Shown piece by piece: positions 36,610-46,400 of a DNA stretch of 64,000 nt (the first letter of the stretch is position 1; each line of letters begins with the position of its first letter). This DNA comes from Deltaproteobacteria bacterium (GTDB taxonomy: Bacteria > Myxococcota_A > Polyangia > Polyangiales > JADJMO01): positions 6,191 to 70,190 of the forward strand of contig JANYDK010000037.1 of NCBI GenBank assembly GCA_025363655.1, given 5' to 3'. Under the pieces are notes generated by a model. The model saw only the letters and a list, made by a program, of their open reading frames with translations, searched no databases and was not told the DNA's origin. The position numbers and the translations under genes are program-made.

Positions 36610-37665
36610 TCAGTCCGCGTTCTTGAACTCGATCGGATACGTCACCGCAACCTTGCCACCCTCGGGCTCCGGGTACGACAGCGTGGTGAACACCTTCGTC
36701 ACGCACGCTTGCACCGTCGCATTCCCCATCGTGCCGCCGCCCGCCTTCACCGCCTCGGGCTCGCCCTTCTCGTTGATGACGAACGACGTCGAAATCGTCC
36801 CTTCGAGCTTCGGATCCTTCTTCAGCTCGGCCTCGTAGCAGGCGCGAAAGCGCGGAAAATTGGCGCGGACGATGCGCTTCACGACTTCCGGCGGGAGGCG
36901 GCCGGTGATCGCCATGCCGGCCTCTTTCATCTTCACGGTCTTCACTTTGCGTCGCCGGTGCGCGCTCAGTGCGTAGACCACGGTCGCGGCTTTTCCCGCC
37001 TCCGGATGGAACGTCAGCTCGGTGCCGGCCTGAACGATGCACGCTTGCAAGGTCTCGCCGTCGAGCGTCCCCCCGACGATTTTCACCGTCGCGTGACCGT
37101 CGGCGCCGGTGAGCGTGAGCTGGAGCCCGATCGTGCCGTCGAGGTCCTTGTCGTAGCTCCCCGCCTTGTCGACGCAGGTCTCGAGCTCGGCGAAGCCGTT
37201 GCAGATCACCTGCTCGGCCGTCTCGGTCGGCATCCCTTCGACGCGCAACGTCTGACCTCGCAGCTGCACTGCGCGAGGTTTGCCGAATCCTCCGCCGGTG
37301 GTGGCGAGGCCGATGCCTTCGCCCCCGCCGAGCCCGCCGAAGAAGCCCAACCCGCCCGCGCCGAAGACGTCGCCGCCATCGGTGAGCGTGCCGAGACCGA
37401 TGCCGCCGCTCGTCGACGCACCGGCGTCCGAGACCGAAGGGCCGGCATCGGCCGTCGAATCGATGGGCTTCACGAGCGAGCCGTCGATGCAGCGCGCTGC
37501 CGTCACCTCGACGACGATGGGCTTCGCGCTGGCACTCGGCTTCGTCGAGGCGACGGTGTCGACGGGTTTGGTGATGTCGCTGCTGTCGCGACCGCGGCAG
37601 CCGTCCGCAAAGAAAGCGAGCACGGCGAAGAGAGCGGCGGAGGAGACGAGCGATACGCTGCGCAT
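36610..37665 (-). CDS. Lipoprotein with AgmX/PglI-type C-terminal domain (paralogue of 33963-34448)
   Basis: Lipobox FFADGC. The C-terminus LPPEVVKRIVRANFPRFRACYEAELKKDPKLEGTI...NATVQACVTKVFTTLSYPEPEGGKVAVTYPIEF is closely similar to the 33963 gene. Confidence 0.7.
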   Translation of the reverse strand: MRSVSLVSSAALFAVLAFFADGCRGRDSSDITKPVDTVASTKPSASAKPIVVEVTAARCIDGSLVKPIDSTADAGPSVSDAGASTSGGIGLGTLTDGGDVFGAGGLGFFGGLGGGEGIGLATTGGGFGKPRAVQLRGQTLRVEGMPTETAEQVICNGFAELETCVDKAGSYDKDLDGTIGLQLTLTGADGHATVKIVGGTLDGETLQACIVQAGTELTFHPEAGKAATVVYALSAHRRRKVKTVKMKEAGMAITGRLPPEVVKRIVRANFPRFRACYEAELKKDPKLEGTISTSFVINEKGEPEAVKAGGGTMGNATVQACVTKVFTTLSYPEPEGGKVAVTYPIEFKNAD

Positions 37666-37703
37666 CGGCCGATGCTCGCACGATTCGCGCGAGCTCGCGT
37701 GAC

Positions 37704-38405
37704 CTAGCGCGCGCGTCGTCGGCCGGTGTCGACCTGCGTCGAGGCGCGTCGTCGACCCATGAAGATGGTGTGACGCGCCCGCGAGCCCTCGCGCGCAGGT
37801 GTCGTCAGCACCTCGACTTCGAAGCCGCACATCTGCATGCGACGCTCGAAGCGCGCGTTCGGGCCCGACGACCAGATCGCCAAGACGCCGTCCTGCTTCA
37901 GCGCGGTGTGGCAAAGTCGAACGCCTGCATCGGCGTAAAGACGCTGATTTTTGGCCTGCGCGAGGGCCGCGGGGCCGTTGTCGACGTCGAGGAGGATGAC
38001 GTCGAAGGTGCGCGGCGAGCGCTTGAGCAGGTCGAAGACGTCACCGACGACGACGTTGGCGCGTCGATCGCGGATTGGATGATCGTTGAGCTGGCCGAGG
38101 TACTGACGGTTCCATTCGACGAGCTCGGGGACCAGCTCGGCGACGGTGACGACGGCGTCCTCGTCCACTCGATCGAGCACCGCGCGGAGCGTGTATCCGA
38201 GGCCGAGCCCGCCGACGAGCACCGCGTTCGCTTCCTCGACGCGATCGATCGCTTGCTCGGCGAGCGCCTCTTCCGAGTCGTGCATGCGATTGGACATCAG
38301 CACTTGCCCCTGCACGCGCACGACCCACTCGTCGCCTCGTTGCGCGAGGACGAACTCGGTGCCGTCGGCGATCTTGGCTTGGGCGATGGTGATGTACTGG
38401 AGCAA
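37704..38405 (-). CDS. Spermidine synthase-like SAM-dependent transferase
   Basis: LMSNRMHDSEEALA, VLVGGLGLGYTL, DVILLDVDNGP. The start is uncertain (TTG 38405 chosen; GTG 38438 would overlap the divergent gene). Confidence 0.65.
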   Translation of the reverse strand: MLQYITIAQAKIADGTEFVLAQRGDEWVVRVQGQVLMSNRMHDSEEALAEQAIDRVEEANAVLVGGLGLGYTLRAVLDRVDEDAVVTVAELVPELVEWNRQYLGQLNDHPIRDRRANVVVGDVFDLLKRSPRTFDVILLDVDNGPAALAQAKNQRLYADAGVRLCHTALKQDGVLAIWSSGPNARFERRMQMCGFEVEVLTTPAREGSRARHTIFMGRRRASTQVDTGRRRAR

Positions 38406-38429
38406 GGCCGGTCTCGTAGCATTGGAACG

Positions 38430-39362
38430 ATGCGCCACGCCAGCTTCGTCTGTTTCTTCGGTCTCCCGCTCCTGGTCGTGAACGCCTGCAGCAGCAAGAG
38501 CGACGCCGTCGCGGCGGCCAGCTCCGACAGCGGGACCGACGCGGTAGACGCGGCCGATCCGGTCTTCGGCGGCGATCGCCCGGTGGAGGTTCGCGTGCCC
38601 GAGGGCTACGATCGGAAGAAGCCTGCGCCGCTCCTCCTCATGCTCCACGGCTTCAGCGCCGGCGCGCTCTCGTTCGAATTCTACTTGAAGATGAGCAGCA
38701 TCGCCGACGCGCACGGCTTCTTCTACGTCGCCCCCGAGGGCACCGTCGACCACGCCGGCAATCGCTTTTGGAACGCCACCGAGGCGTGCTGCGACGACGA
38801 TCACACCGGGGTCGACGACGTCAAGTACCTCACCGGTTTGATCGAGGAAATCAAGGCGTTCTACGCGATCGATCCGAAGCGCATCTACGTCCTCGGGCAC
38901 TCCAACGGCGGCTTCATGGCCAATCGTCTGGCGTGCGATCGCGCGGATCTCTTCGCCGCCGCGGTCAGCCTCGCGGGTGCGGTCTGGCAAGACGTCGGCA
39001 AGTGCAAGCCGTCGGCGCCGGTCGGCTTTCTCCAGATCCACGGCACCGCCGACAAGACGGTGCTCTACGCGGGCGATCCTGGCACCCCTCCACTCACTGC
39101 GCCGTATCCGGGCGCGGAGCAGACGGTGGCGACGTGGGGGAAGAACAACGGCTGCAGCGACGCGCTCGTCGACACCGGGAAGAAGCTGCACGTCGACGCC
39201 GACTTGAAATCGCCCGAGACGAGCGTGCTCGAGCACTCGGGATGCAAAGCCAACGGTTCGGCAGAGCTGTGGAAGGTGGAAGGCGCGCCGCACATCTTCG
39301 CCTTCCCGCCCGAGGCCTTGGAGTCGACCTGGAAATTTCTCGACGCACACGCCAAGCCGTAG
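38430..39362 (+). CDS. Secreted esterase, PHB-depolymerase/LpqC-like alpha/beta hydrolase lipoprotein
   Basis: Lipobox LLVVNAC, LLLMLHGF, nucleophile elbow VLGHSNGGFMA, IHGTADKTV. Confidence 0.8.
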   Translation: MRHASFVCFFGLPLLVVNACSSKSDAVAAASSDSGTDAVDAADPVFGGDRPVEVRVPEGYDRKKPAPLLLMLHGFSAGALSFEFYLKMSSIADAHGFFYVAPEGTVDHAGNRFWNATEACCDDDHTGVDDVKYLTGLIEEIKAFYAIDPKRIYVLGHSNGGFMANRLACDRADLFAAAVSLAGAVWQDVGKCKPSAPVGFLQIHGTADKTVLYAGDPGTPPLTAPYPGAEQTVATWGKNNGCSDALVDTGKKLHVDADLKSPETSVLEHSGCKANGSAELWKVEGAPHIFAFPPEALESTWKFLDAHAKP

Positions 39363-39565
39363 ACCCCCCTACCAGCGACACGCGCACTGCGGTTGTCGCA
39401 CGAGCACGTCGAACGACGCGCGCGCGGCGTGGGCCATTGGCGCCATCGCCCTGATTTTCGCGCATCGAACGCGACGCGCGCGCACGCGACGTCGACCCGA
39501 CTAGGGCGCGGTTTTTCGTCTCGCCGAAGATTGCTGCGCAACTTTGCCCTATACTTCGCGACCTC

Positions 39566-40288
39566 ATGGCTGAAGGCTCGTTCGCGCTCGCGCTCCTCGG
39601 GATGGCCGAGACGATGCGCATCTCGTTTCCGACCGTCATCGAGTCCGTCATCGGCCGCGGCGCCACCCGCGAGGTCTGCAACGGGCGGCTCGATGCATGG
39701 TCGCGTCGCCTGCTCGACGAAGCGAGAATCACTCTCCGAGTGAGCGGACGCGAGGCCGTGCCACGCGACGAGTACTTCGTGGTCATGTCGAACCACCAGT
39801 CGCTCTACGACATCCCGGTGCTGTTCCAGTCGGTGCCGCCGACGCTGCGAATGGTGGCGAAATCCGATCTTTTCCGCGTCCCCGTCTGGGGCGCCGCCAT
39901 GCTCGCGGCCGAGTTCATCTCGCTCGATCGCGACGACAAAGAGCGTTCGCGCGAAGGTCTGCGCGTTGCCCGCGAGCGCATCCGCAGCGGAATCAACGTC
40001 TGGATCGCCCCCGAGGGAACGCGCAGCCCGAGCGGCAAGCTCGGACGCTTCAAGGGGGGAGGCTTCAAGCTCGCCTTCGACACCGGCACGCGCATCCTTC
40101 CGGTCACCATCGACGGCACTCGCAACGTCCTCGCGGCCAAAGGTCGCCACGTGCGCCGCGGTAAGCACGTCGAGGTGACGATCCACGCGCCGATCGATCC
40201 GCAGGCCTACGGCGATCGTCGTGAAGAGCTGTCCCTCGCGGTGCGCACCTCGATCGAATCGAGCCTCCCGCCCGAGCATCGCGGTTGA
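39566..40288 (+). CDS. plsC: 1-acyl-sn-glycerol-3-phosphate acyltransferase
   Basis: HX4D motif NHQSLYD, FISLDR, APEGTRS. Confidence 0.85.
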   Translation: MAEGSFALALLGMAETMRISFPTVIESVIGRGATREVCNGRLDAWSRRLLDEARITLRVSGREAVPRDEYFVVMSNHQSLYDIPVLFQSVPPTLRMVAKSDLFRVPVWGAAMLAAEFISLDRDDKERSREGLRVARERIRSGINVWIAPEGTRSPSGKLGRFKGGGFKLAFDTGTRILPVTIDGTRNVLAAKGRHVRRGKHVEVTIHAPIDPQAYGDRREELSLAVRTSIESSLPPEHRG

Positions 40289-40959
40289 TGTCGAACGTTC
40301 CCTCCGCCGAGCACGATCCCTCCGCCGAGCTCGCGATCGTCGCCGAGGCAAAGCGCCGCTATGCGCGCTACCAACGCGAGGTGGTCGAGGCTTTCGGGCT
40401 CTGTCCTTACGCGGCTCCGGCGCGTGAATCGGGAAGTGTCCGCGTCGAGGTCTCGCTCGATCGCGATCTCGACATCCCCGCGGCGCGGGCGCTCGTCGAG
40501 GTGTTCGCTCACGATCTCCTCTGCGAGGTCGGCCTCATCGTCTTTCCGCTCGTGGAGGCCGATCGGTTGACCTTCGCCCGCTTCGTCAGCGACGTCCGCA
40601 GCCTCGACGCCGAGCTCTCGTCACCGGCCACCGTGACGATGGCCCTCGCCGAATTCCACCCTGGCGCGCCGCTCGATCGCGAGAACGCCGCCCGCCTCGT
40701 GCCCTACCTGCGACGTACGCCCGATCCGACGATTCAGCTGGTTCGTCGGAGCGCGCTCGGCGAGGTCCGCAAGCGCGAGAACCACGGCAGCGGCTTCCTC
40801 GACTTGAAGACGATCGATCTCGAGGCCTTCTTGAAGGGCCCGCCGCCGCCGCCCGCGCTCCACGAACGCATCGCGCTGATGAACTGGCAGACGATCGATC
40901 GAGTGGGCCCCGAGGTCGTCGAGGCCCTGCTCACCGAAATTCACCTCGATCGGCGCTAG
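40288..40959 (+). CDS. Conserved hypothetical protein, possibly DUF1415-like
   Basis: GLCPYAAPARESGSVRVEVS resembles the LCPFA motif I recall for DUF1415. The start (TTG 40285 or ATG 40288) overlaps the plsC stop. Confidence 0.5.
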   Translation: MSNVPSAEHDPSAELAIVAEAKRRYARYQREVVEAFGLCPYAAPARESGSVRVEVSLDRDLDIPAARALVEVFAHDLLCEVGLIVFPLVEADRLTFARFVSDVRSLDAELSSPATVTMALAEFHPGAPLDRENAARLVPYLRRTPDPTIQLVRRSALGEVRKRENHGSGFLDLKTIDLEAFLKGPPPPPALHERIALMNWQTIDRVGPEVVEALLTEIHLDRR

Positions 40960-40974
40960 CGGCGGAGAGTGTGA

Positions 40975-42408
40975 CTAGGGTTTGCAGCCACCGGTGCCGG
41001 CCGCAGGGGCTGCCGGCAGGGCGGTGAGGGGCGAGCAGCCGAAGTCGAACATGTCGAGGAGCGCGTCGCTGTTGGCGTCGCGGTTCGACAGCGCGGGGAG
41101 ATCGAAGAGGGTCTCGATGAAGCGCGCGAGCGACGCGTGCGAGTGGAGCAGGTGCGAGACGTACCCGCGACGCGAGAAGGGCGAGATGGCCACGAACGGC
41201 ACGCGGAAGCCGTAATTGTCGAAGTCGGGCGTGTCGGCGCCGGGCACGCAGGCCTTGGGCGGCGCGACGTGGTCGAAGAAGCCGCCCGACTCGTCGTACG
41301 TGTAGAACATCGCCATGCCCTTGCCGTCTTTCAGCCAGAGCGGGCTCGTCGTCACCGCGTCGTAGACCTTCTTCGTCCACGCTTCGCCGGCCTGAATGTC
41401 GCCCGGGGGGTGCTCGTCGGAGGTGTTGAGCCCGGCGTCGATGAAGACGACCTGCGGGAGCGTACCGTCGGCGAGCTGCTTGAAGAAGTCGGCTTCTTTG
41501 CCGATTTTCTTCGGGTCGTAGTTGCTCGTGAGGAGCGCGCCGTCGAAGACGAGCGTGTCTTCGGTGTAGGCGCCCCAGGTGACGCCCGCCTTCTCCAGCG
41601 AGTCCATGATCAGCGGCGCGAGATCTTTGAAGTCGCTGGCGAGGCCGTTGGTGTCTTTCACGCCGTGCGAGGTGCCGGCGTAGAGGAACGAGCGGTTCGA
41701 CCAGGTGCCGGCGAGCGCATCGCAATGGTAGTGATCGGCGAGCGCGTAGGTGTCGGCGAGGAAGTAATAGAAGGGCAGATCGGTGCGGTCGTAGTAACCC
41801 ATCACGAACTTGCCGTCGGAGACGACCGGCTTGTCGAGGATGGTCGAGTGATCGATCGCGTTCTTGACGAAACCGTCATTTTTCCCGGTGTTCCACATGT
41901 TGTGCATGTTGGCCCACTGGTGCTCGGGATCTTCCTTCTGACACGTCGTCGTCTGATGGAAGGCAGTGACGTTGGCGCCGGCCTTGTCGGGATTGCTGAA
42001 GTCCGCGGAGAAGCCCTCGACGTCCTTGCGCGTCTTCGCGAGCGAGCCGAAGAGGTGATCGAAGGCGCGGTTCTCTTTCATGACGACGATGACGTGCGAG
42101 ATGGGGATCTTCCCGCGCGCGGTGGCGTCGAGGCCGAGCGTGTCGGCGACCTTCGCGCCCGCCTTGAACGTGCAGGCTTCGCGCTTCGACTTGGTCGTGT
42201 CGGTCGGCAGCGGCGAGCAACCGGCGTCGAAGGACGGCGTGGTGTCGGTGCCGACGTCACCGCTCGGAATCGTGTCGAGGCTCGAGTCGACGGGCGCGCC
42301 GGTGTCGCTCGTTCCGGCATCGCTCGACGACGATCCGCAACCGACCGCGGTGAGCCCGAGGGCACCGAACAAACCGAACAAACCGAGGCAAGTGAAGCGT
42401 TGGCGCAT
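40975..42408 (-). CDS. Phospholipase C / phosphoesterase family lipoprotein
   Basis: Lipobox LTAVGC and the phosphoesterase signature ISHVIVVMKENRAFDHLFGSL. Confidence 0.85.
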   Translation of the reverse strand: MRQRFTCLGLFGLFGALGLTAVGCGSSSSDAGTSDTGAPVDSSLDTIPSGDVGTDTTPSFDAGCSPLPTDTTKSKREACTFKAGAKVADTLGLDATARGKIPISHVIVVMKENRAFDHLFGSLAKTRKDVEGFSADFSNPDKAGANVTAFHQTTTCQKEDPEHQWANMHNMWNTGKNDGFVKNAIDHSTILDKPVVSDGKFVMGYYDRTDLPFYYFLADTYALADHYHCDALAGTWSNRSFLYAGTSHGVKDTNGLASDFKDLAPLIMDSLEKAGVTWGAYTEDTLVFDGALLTSNYDPKKIGKEADFFKQLADGTLPQVVFIDAGLNTSDEHPPGDIQAGEAWTKKVYDAVTTSPLWLKDGKGMAMFYTYDESGGFFDHVAPPKACVPGADTPDFDNYGFRVPFVAISPFSRRGYVSHLLHSHASLARFIETLFDLPALSNRDANSDALLDMFDFGCSPLTALPAAPAAGTGGCKP

Positions 42409-42569
42409 CCTCTCGGTGTATCGCGCGGGCGCCTCCTTGTCACCTTCTCGCGCCGTCTCGCGAGCTTGCAAAAGAGAGATCGAATCTTTGCCGAAGCGCC
42501 CACGTCCAAGGGGTGACAAATGTAGGGCGTTGCGTGACAGCACCGCCTTCGGGAGCTAAGAGGCTGTGC

Positions 42570-43721
42570 ATGCGAAAGCGGTCACCGTTCATGTTCCTCG
42601 CGCTGGTTGCCGGCGCCGTCGTGCTCGCGGGCGAGGCTGCCCACGCCGACGACGCTGGCGTCAAAAGTGACGCGGGCGCCGCGAAACCACCGGCCGACAA
42701 AGTGGCCGTCAAACCGACGGTGAAGGTCTCGGGCAACAAGCTCGTCGACGGCAGCGGCGCCCATTTGCGTCTTCGCGGCGCCAACTACGCCGGCACCGAA
42801 TACGCATGCGTGCAAGGGTGGGGCATCTTCTCGGGCCCTGGTGACGACGCGATGGTCGCCGCCATGGAGAAGTGGAAGATCAACGCCGTCCGCGTCCCGC
42901 TCAACGAAGATTGCTGGCTCGGCATCAAGGGCGTGAGCGCCACCTGGGGCGGCAAGGCCTACCGCGACGCAATCGGCACCTGGGTGACGACGCTGCACAA
43001 GCACGGCATCGTCGCCATCCTCGACCTCCACTGGGCTGCGCCAGGCACGCACAAAGCCGGCGAGCAGCAGCCGATGGCCAACGCCGATCACTCCATCGAG
43101 TTCTGGAAGAGCGTCGCCACCACGTTCAAGGACGATCCGGGCGTCATCTACGATCTCTTCAACGAGCCCTACCTCAACCACGCCAAGCTCTCGACCGACG
43201 CGTGGAGCTGCTGGCTCTCGGGCTGCACGGTCGACGGTGGCGACGGCGGGCTCAGTGGCAAGTGGCAGTCGGCCGGCATGCAACAGATGATCGACGCGGT
43301 GCGCGCGGCGGGCTCCAAACAACCGGTGATGGTTGGCGGCCTCGAGTGGTCGAACGACCTCACCGGCTTCCTCACGCACCTCCCGAAAGACCCTGAAAAG
43401 CAGATGATCGCTGCGTTTCATCAGTACCAAGGCAACGCTTGCGGGAGCGACACGTGCTGGAAGAGCACCCTCGCCGCCATCGCCGCCAAGCTGCCGCTCG
43501 TCACCGGCGAGCTCGGCGAAGACGACTGCGGTCACGCCTTCACCGACTCGTACATGGACTGGGCCGACGGCGCCGGCGTCTCGTACCTGATGTGGACGTG
43601 GAACGCGTGGGGCAATCCCAGCGCGACGAGCTGCGGGACGATGAAGTTTCCGCTGATCGCCGATTGGAACGGCACGCCTACGCCCTATGGCATCGCCTTC
43701 AAGGCTAGGCTCGCGAAATGA
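42570..43721 (+). CDS. Glycoside hydrolase family 5 (cellulase-like), secreted
   Basis: Signal peptide, NAVRVPLNEDCW, ILDLHW, YDLFNEP (acid/base), VTGELGEDD (nucleophile). Confidence 0.85.
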   Translation: MRKRSPFMFLALVAGAVVLAGEAAHADDAGVKSDAGAAKPPADKVAVKPTVKVSGNKLVDGSGAHLRLRGANYAGTEYACVQGWGIFSGPGDDAMVAAMEKWKINAVRVPLNEDCWLGIKGVSATWGGKAYRDAIGTWVTTLHKHGIVAILDLHWAAPGTHKAGEQQPMANADHSIEFWKSVATTFKDDPGVIYDLFNEPYLNHAKLSTDAWSCWLSGCTVDGGDGGLSGKWQSAGMQQMIDAVRAAGSKQPVMVGGLEWSNDLTGFLTHLPKDPEKQMIAAFHQYQGNACGSDTCWKSTLAAIAAKLPLVTGELGEDDCGHAFTDSYMDWADGAGVSYLMWTWNAWGNPSATSCGTMKFPLIADWNGTPTPYGIAFKARLAK

Positions 43722-44551
43722 CGCTCCCGCTCTTCACGGTCGATGCCTTCACGACCGAAGCGTTCCGCGGAAATCCTGCGGCCGTCGTCCTCCTCGAGCG
43801 TCCTGCGACGCCGGTCTTCATGCAAGCGGTCGCGGCCGAGATGAACCTCGCCGAGACGGCCTTCGTCGTCCTCCATGGCGGCGGCGGCGAGCGTCACGCG
43901 TTGCGCTGGTTCACGCCCACGACCGAGGTGCCGCTCTGTGGTCACGCGACGTTGGCGTCGGCTGGCGTGCTCTTCACCACCGGTCGTGCCAAGTCGAAGG
44001 TCGCCTTCGACACGGCGAGCGGCGTCCTCGAAATCGAAGACACGCGCGGCGGCGAGCTCTCGATGTCGTTCCCCGCGTATCGCACCGCGGCCGTTCGCGA
44101 GCACTCGTTCGTCGGGCTCGTCGAGGCGCTCGGTCTCCGCGCCGACGACGTGCGCGAGGTACGCCTCGGGCTCACGACCATGCGCAAGCTCCTCGTCGAG
44201 GTGAACCACCGCAGCATCGTCGAGCGCATTTCGCCTCGTTTTTCCGCGATGTTGCAGGCCGAGAACCCCGACGGCGTGAAGGGCGTGATCGTCGCCGCGC
44301 GCGACCTCGGCGGCCGCGAGGACTTCGTCTCGCGCTTCTTCGCGCCCTGGGTCGGCATCGACGAAGATCCGGTCACCGGCTCTGCGCACTGCGTGCTCGC
44401 ACCGTACTTCGCCGACGAGCTCGGCAAGACGCGGATGCGCGCCCGTCAGCTCTCGCGACGCGGCGGCGAGCTCGGCGTCGAGACGAAGGGCGATCGAGTC
44501 ATCCTCTCGGGCGCCTACGTCGTCGTCGCCCGCGGAGAGCTCTGCGTCTGA
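43718..44551 (+). CDS. PhzF family isomerase-like protein
   Basis: LPLFTVDAFTTEAFRGNPAAVVL, ETAFV, PLCGHATLA. ATGA overlap with the GH5 stop. Confidence 0.85.
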   Translation: MTLPLFTVDAFTTEAFRGNPAAVVLLERPATPVFMQAVAAEMNLAETAFVVLHGGGGERHALRWFTPTTEVPLCGHATLASAGVLFTTGRAKSKVAFDTASGVLEIEDTRGGELSMSFPAYRTAAVREHSFVGLVEALGLRADDVREVRLGLTTMRKLLVEVNHRSIVERISPRFSAMLQAENPDGVKGVIVAARDLGGREDFVSRFFAPWVGIDEDPVTGSAHCVLAPYFADELGKTRMRARQLSRRGGELGVETKGDRVILSGAYVVVARGELCV

Positions 44552-44563
44552 GCGGAGCGGCTG

Positions 44564-45325
44564 ATGAGCGTTCGCATCGAGAAAAACGGCCCCGTCACCA
44601 CCGTCGTTCTCCAAAGGCCGGAGGCTCGCAATGCGGTCGACGGCCCCACCGCCGACGCGCTCGCTGCGGCGTTTCGCGCCTTCGACGCCGACGACTCGGC
44701 GAAGGTCGCGGTGCTCTTCGGCGATGGCGGTACGTTCTGCGCTGGCGCCGACCTGAAGGCCATCGGCAGCGACAGGGCCAACCGCATCACGGACGAGGGG
44801 GACGGTCCGATGGGCCCGACGCGCCTCCTCCTCGGCAAGCCGGTGATCGCCGCGGTCACGGGCTTCGCCGTCGCCGGTGGGCTCGAGCTCGCGTGTTGGT
44901 GCGACTTGCGCGTCGCCGAAGAGGACGCCGTCTTCGGCGTCTACTGTCGTCGTTGGGGCGTGCCGCTGATCGACGGAGGCACGGTGCGCTTGCCGCGTCT
45001 CGTGGGGCTCTCGGTCGCGCTCGACTTGATTCTCACGGGGCGCGCCATGGCCGCTGACGAAGCCCTGCGCGTCGGTCTCGCCAATCGCGTCGTCCCGAAG
45101 GGCACCGCCCGCGCCGCCGCCGAAGCGTTGGCCCTGCAAATCGCGGCCTTTCCACAAGGTTGCATGCGCAACGATCGCCTGAGCGCCCACGAACAATTCG
45201 GCATGTCGCTCGACGCGGCGATGAAGAACGAATTCGAGCACGGCAAGCGCTCGCTCCTCAGCCCCGACCTCGTCGACGGCGTCTCGCGCTTCGTCGGCGG
45301 TCAGGGGAGGCACGGGAAGAGCTGA
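44564..45325 (+). CDS. Enoyl-CoA hydratase/isomerase (crotonase) family protein
   Basis: RPEARNAV, GDGGTFCAGADLKA, AAVTGFAVAGGLELA. Confidence 0.85.
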   Translation: MSVRIEKNGPVTTVVLQRPEARNAVDGPTADALAAAFRAFDADDSAKVAVLFGDGGTFCAGADLKAIGSDRANRITDEGDGPMGPTRLLLGKPVIAAVTGFAVAGGLELACWCDLRVAEEDAVFGVYCRRWGVPLIDGGTVRLPRLVGLSVALDLILTGRAMAADEALRVGLANRVVPKGTARAAAEALALQIAAFPQGCMRNDRLSAHEQFGMSLDAAMKNEFEHGKRSLLSPDLVDGVSRFVGGQGRHGKS

Positions 45326-45337
45326 CTCTCATCGCGC

Positions 45338-45892
45338 TCAGTCGTCATCGTCTTCCGTCTCGTCGAAGCCGATGCCGTCGGTGACGCGCACGCTCCCGTT
45401 CTTCGGCGACGGATAGTGGAACGTTCGATAGACCGAGATCACGCAGTTGACGACGTCTTCGTTGGCGAGCGACGAGCCCGGGGCTTCGACGCAGCGGGGC
45501 ACGCCGTCGGGATCGAGGCGGAACGAGACGCGCACCTCACCATGGATGTCGCTCTGTCCGTCGGCGCAATGCTTGAGCTTGTCCCAGCTGTCGCGGTGCA
45601 CCTTGATGACCGCGTTCTTGGCGTCGGGGAGATAACCGTCGGTGGCCACGCTCGAGCAGTCGGGCTCGAGGAACGGCTCGGGGTACTGGCCCTTCTTCGC
45701 CGGCTTGTCGGGCTTGGTCGGGTCATCGTTGCCGCCGCTGGTGCCCGCGCCGGTGCCGTCCTTCGATTCGCCGCCTCCCGACGTGCCGGTGCCGGTCGGA
45801 TCTTTCGCGCCCTTTCCCGAGCCACCGCAGGCGGAGGCCATGACGAGCATGCCGAGGAGAGGAACGCCGAGGGTCGCGAGGAGACGTCGCAT
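45338..45892 (-). CDS. Lipoprotein with Gly/Thr/Ser linker and AgmX/PglI-like C-terminal domain, acidic tail
   Basis: Lipobox LVMASAC. C-terminus HGEVRVSFRLDPDGVPRCVEAPGSSLANEDVVNCVISVYRTFHYPSPKNGSVRV. Ends in ETEDDDD. Confidence 0.6.
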   Translation of the reverse strand: MRRLLATLGVPLLGMLVMASACGGSGKGAKDPTGTGTSGGGESKDGTGAGTSGGNDDPTKPDKPAKKGQYPEPFLEPDCSSVATDGYLPDAKNAVIKVHRDSWDKLKHCADGQSDIHGEVRVSFRLDPDGVPRCVEAPGSSLANEDVVNCVISVYRTFHYPSPKNGSVRVTDGIGFDETEDDDD

Positions 45893-45956
45893 GCGCCCGA
45901 TCTGACGAAGATCTCGGCACGCGGTCAACCTCCGAAAATGTCGCGTCTCACCTGCT

Positions 45957-46334
45957 TCACGCGGGTGGTGCGCTCGCGCGGCTGGCGGCGAGGGCGAGCG
46001 CTGCCCAGCCGATCATGAACGACACGCCCCCGAACGGCGTGATGGCGCCGAAGAAGCGTGGACCGCCGAGGGCGAGCGCGTAGAGGCTGCCGGAGAAGAG
46101 AACGACGCCGATGATGAACGCGTAGCCGGCGATCACGAGTGCGCGTGAGCGTGACGCGAGAAGCCCGACGGCGAGGAGCGCGAGGGCGTGGAACATCTGG
46201 TAGCGGGCAGCGGTCTCGAACGTGGTCGATGCGGCTGGCGAGAGACGGTCCTTGAGGGCGTGGGCACCGAAGGCTCCGCTCGCGACGGCGAGGAGGCCGA
46301 GGATCGCGCCGACCGAAATAAAACGCCTTTCCAT
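45957..46334 (-). CDS. DUF423 family membrane protein
   Basis: GAFGAHAL motif and four TM helices. ATG 46334 chosen. Confidence 0.75.
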   Translation of the reverse strand: MERRFISVGAILGLLAVASGAFGAHALKDRLSPAASTTFETAARYQMFHALALLAVGLLASRSRALVIAGYAFIIGVVLFSGSLYALALGGPRFFGAITPFGGVSFMIGWAALALAASRASAPPA

Positions 46335-46400
46335 AACGCGTTCATATACCTGCTTTCTCAGATGCTTGTCGCACTCGGGCCGAGCACGTAGGGTGCCTGC

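Noticed and set aside
37704-39362. Two overlapping ORFs of about 540 aa on opposite strands
   Set aside because: Each is a chimera of one real gene and the antisense of the other. The motif-bearing parts are 37704-38405 (minus strand, spermidine synthase-like) and 38430-39362 (plus strand, esterase).
39541-39565. Sigma-70-type promoter (TATACT at 39550-39555) upstream of plsC
   Set aside because: The hexamer is only about 10 nt from the ATG and has no -35 element at proper spacing, so the evidence is insufficient.
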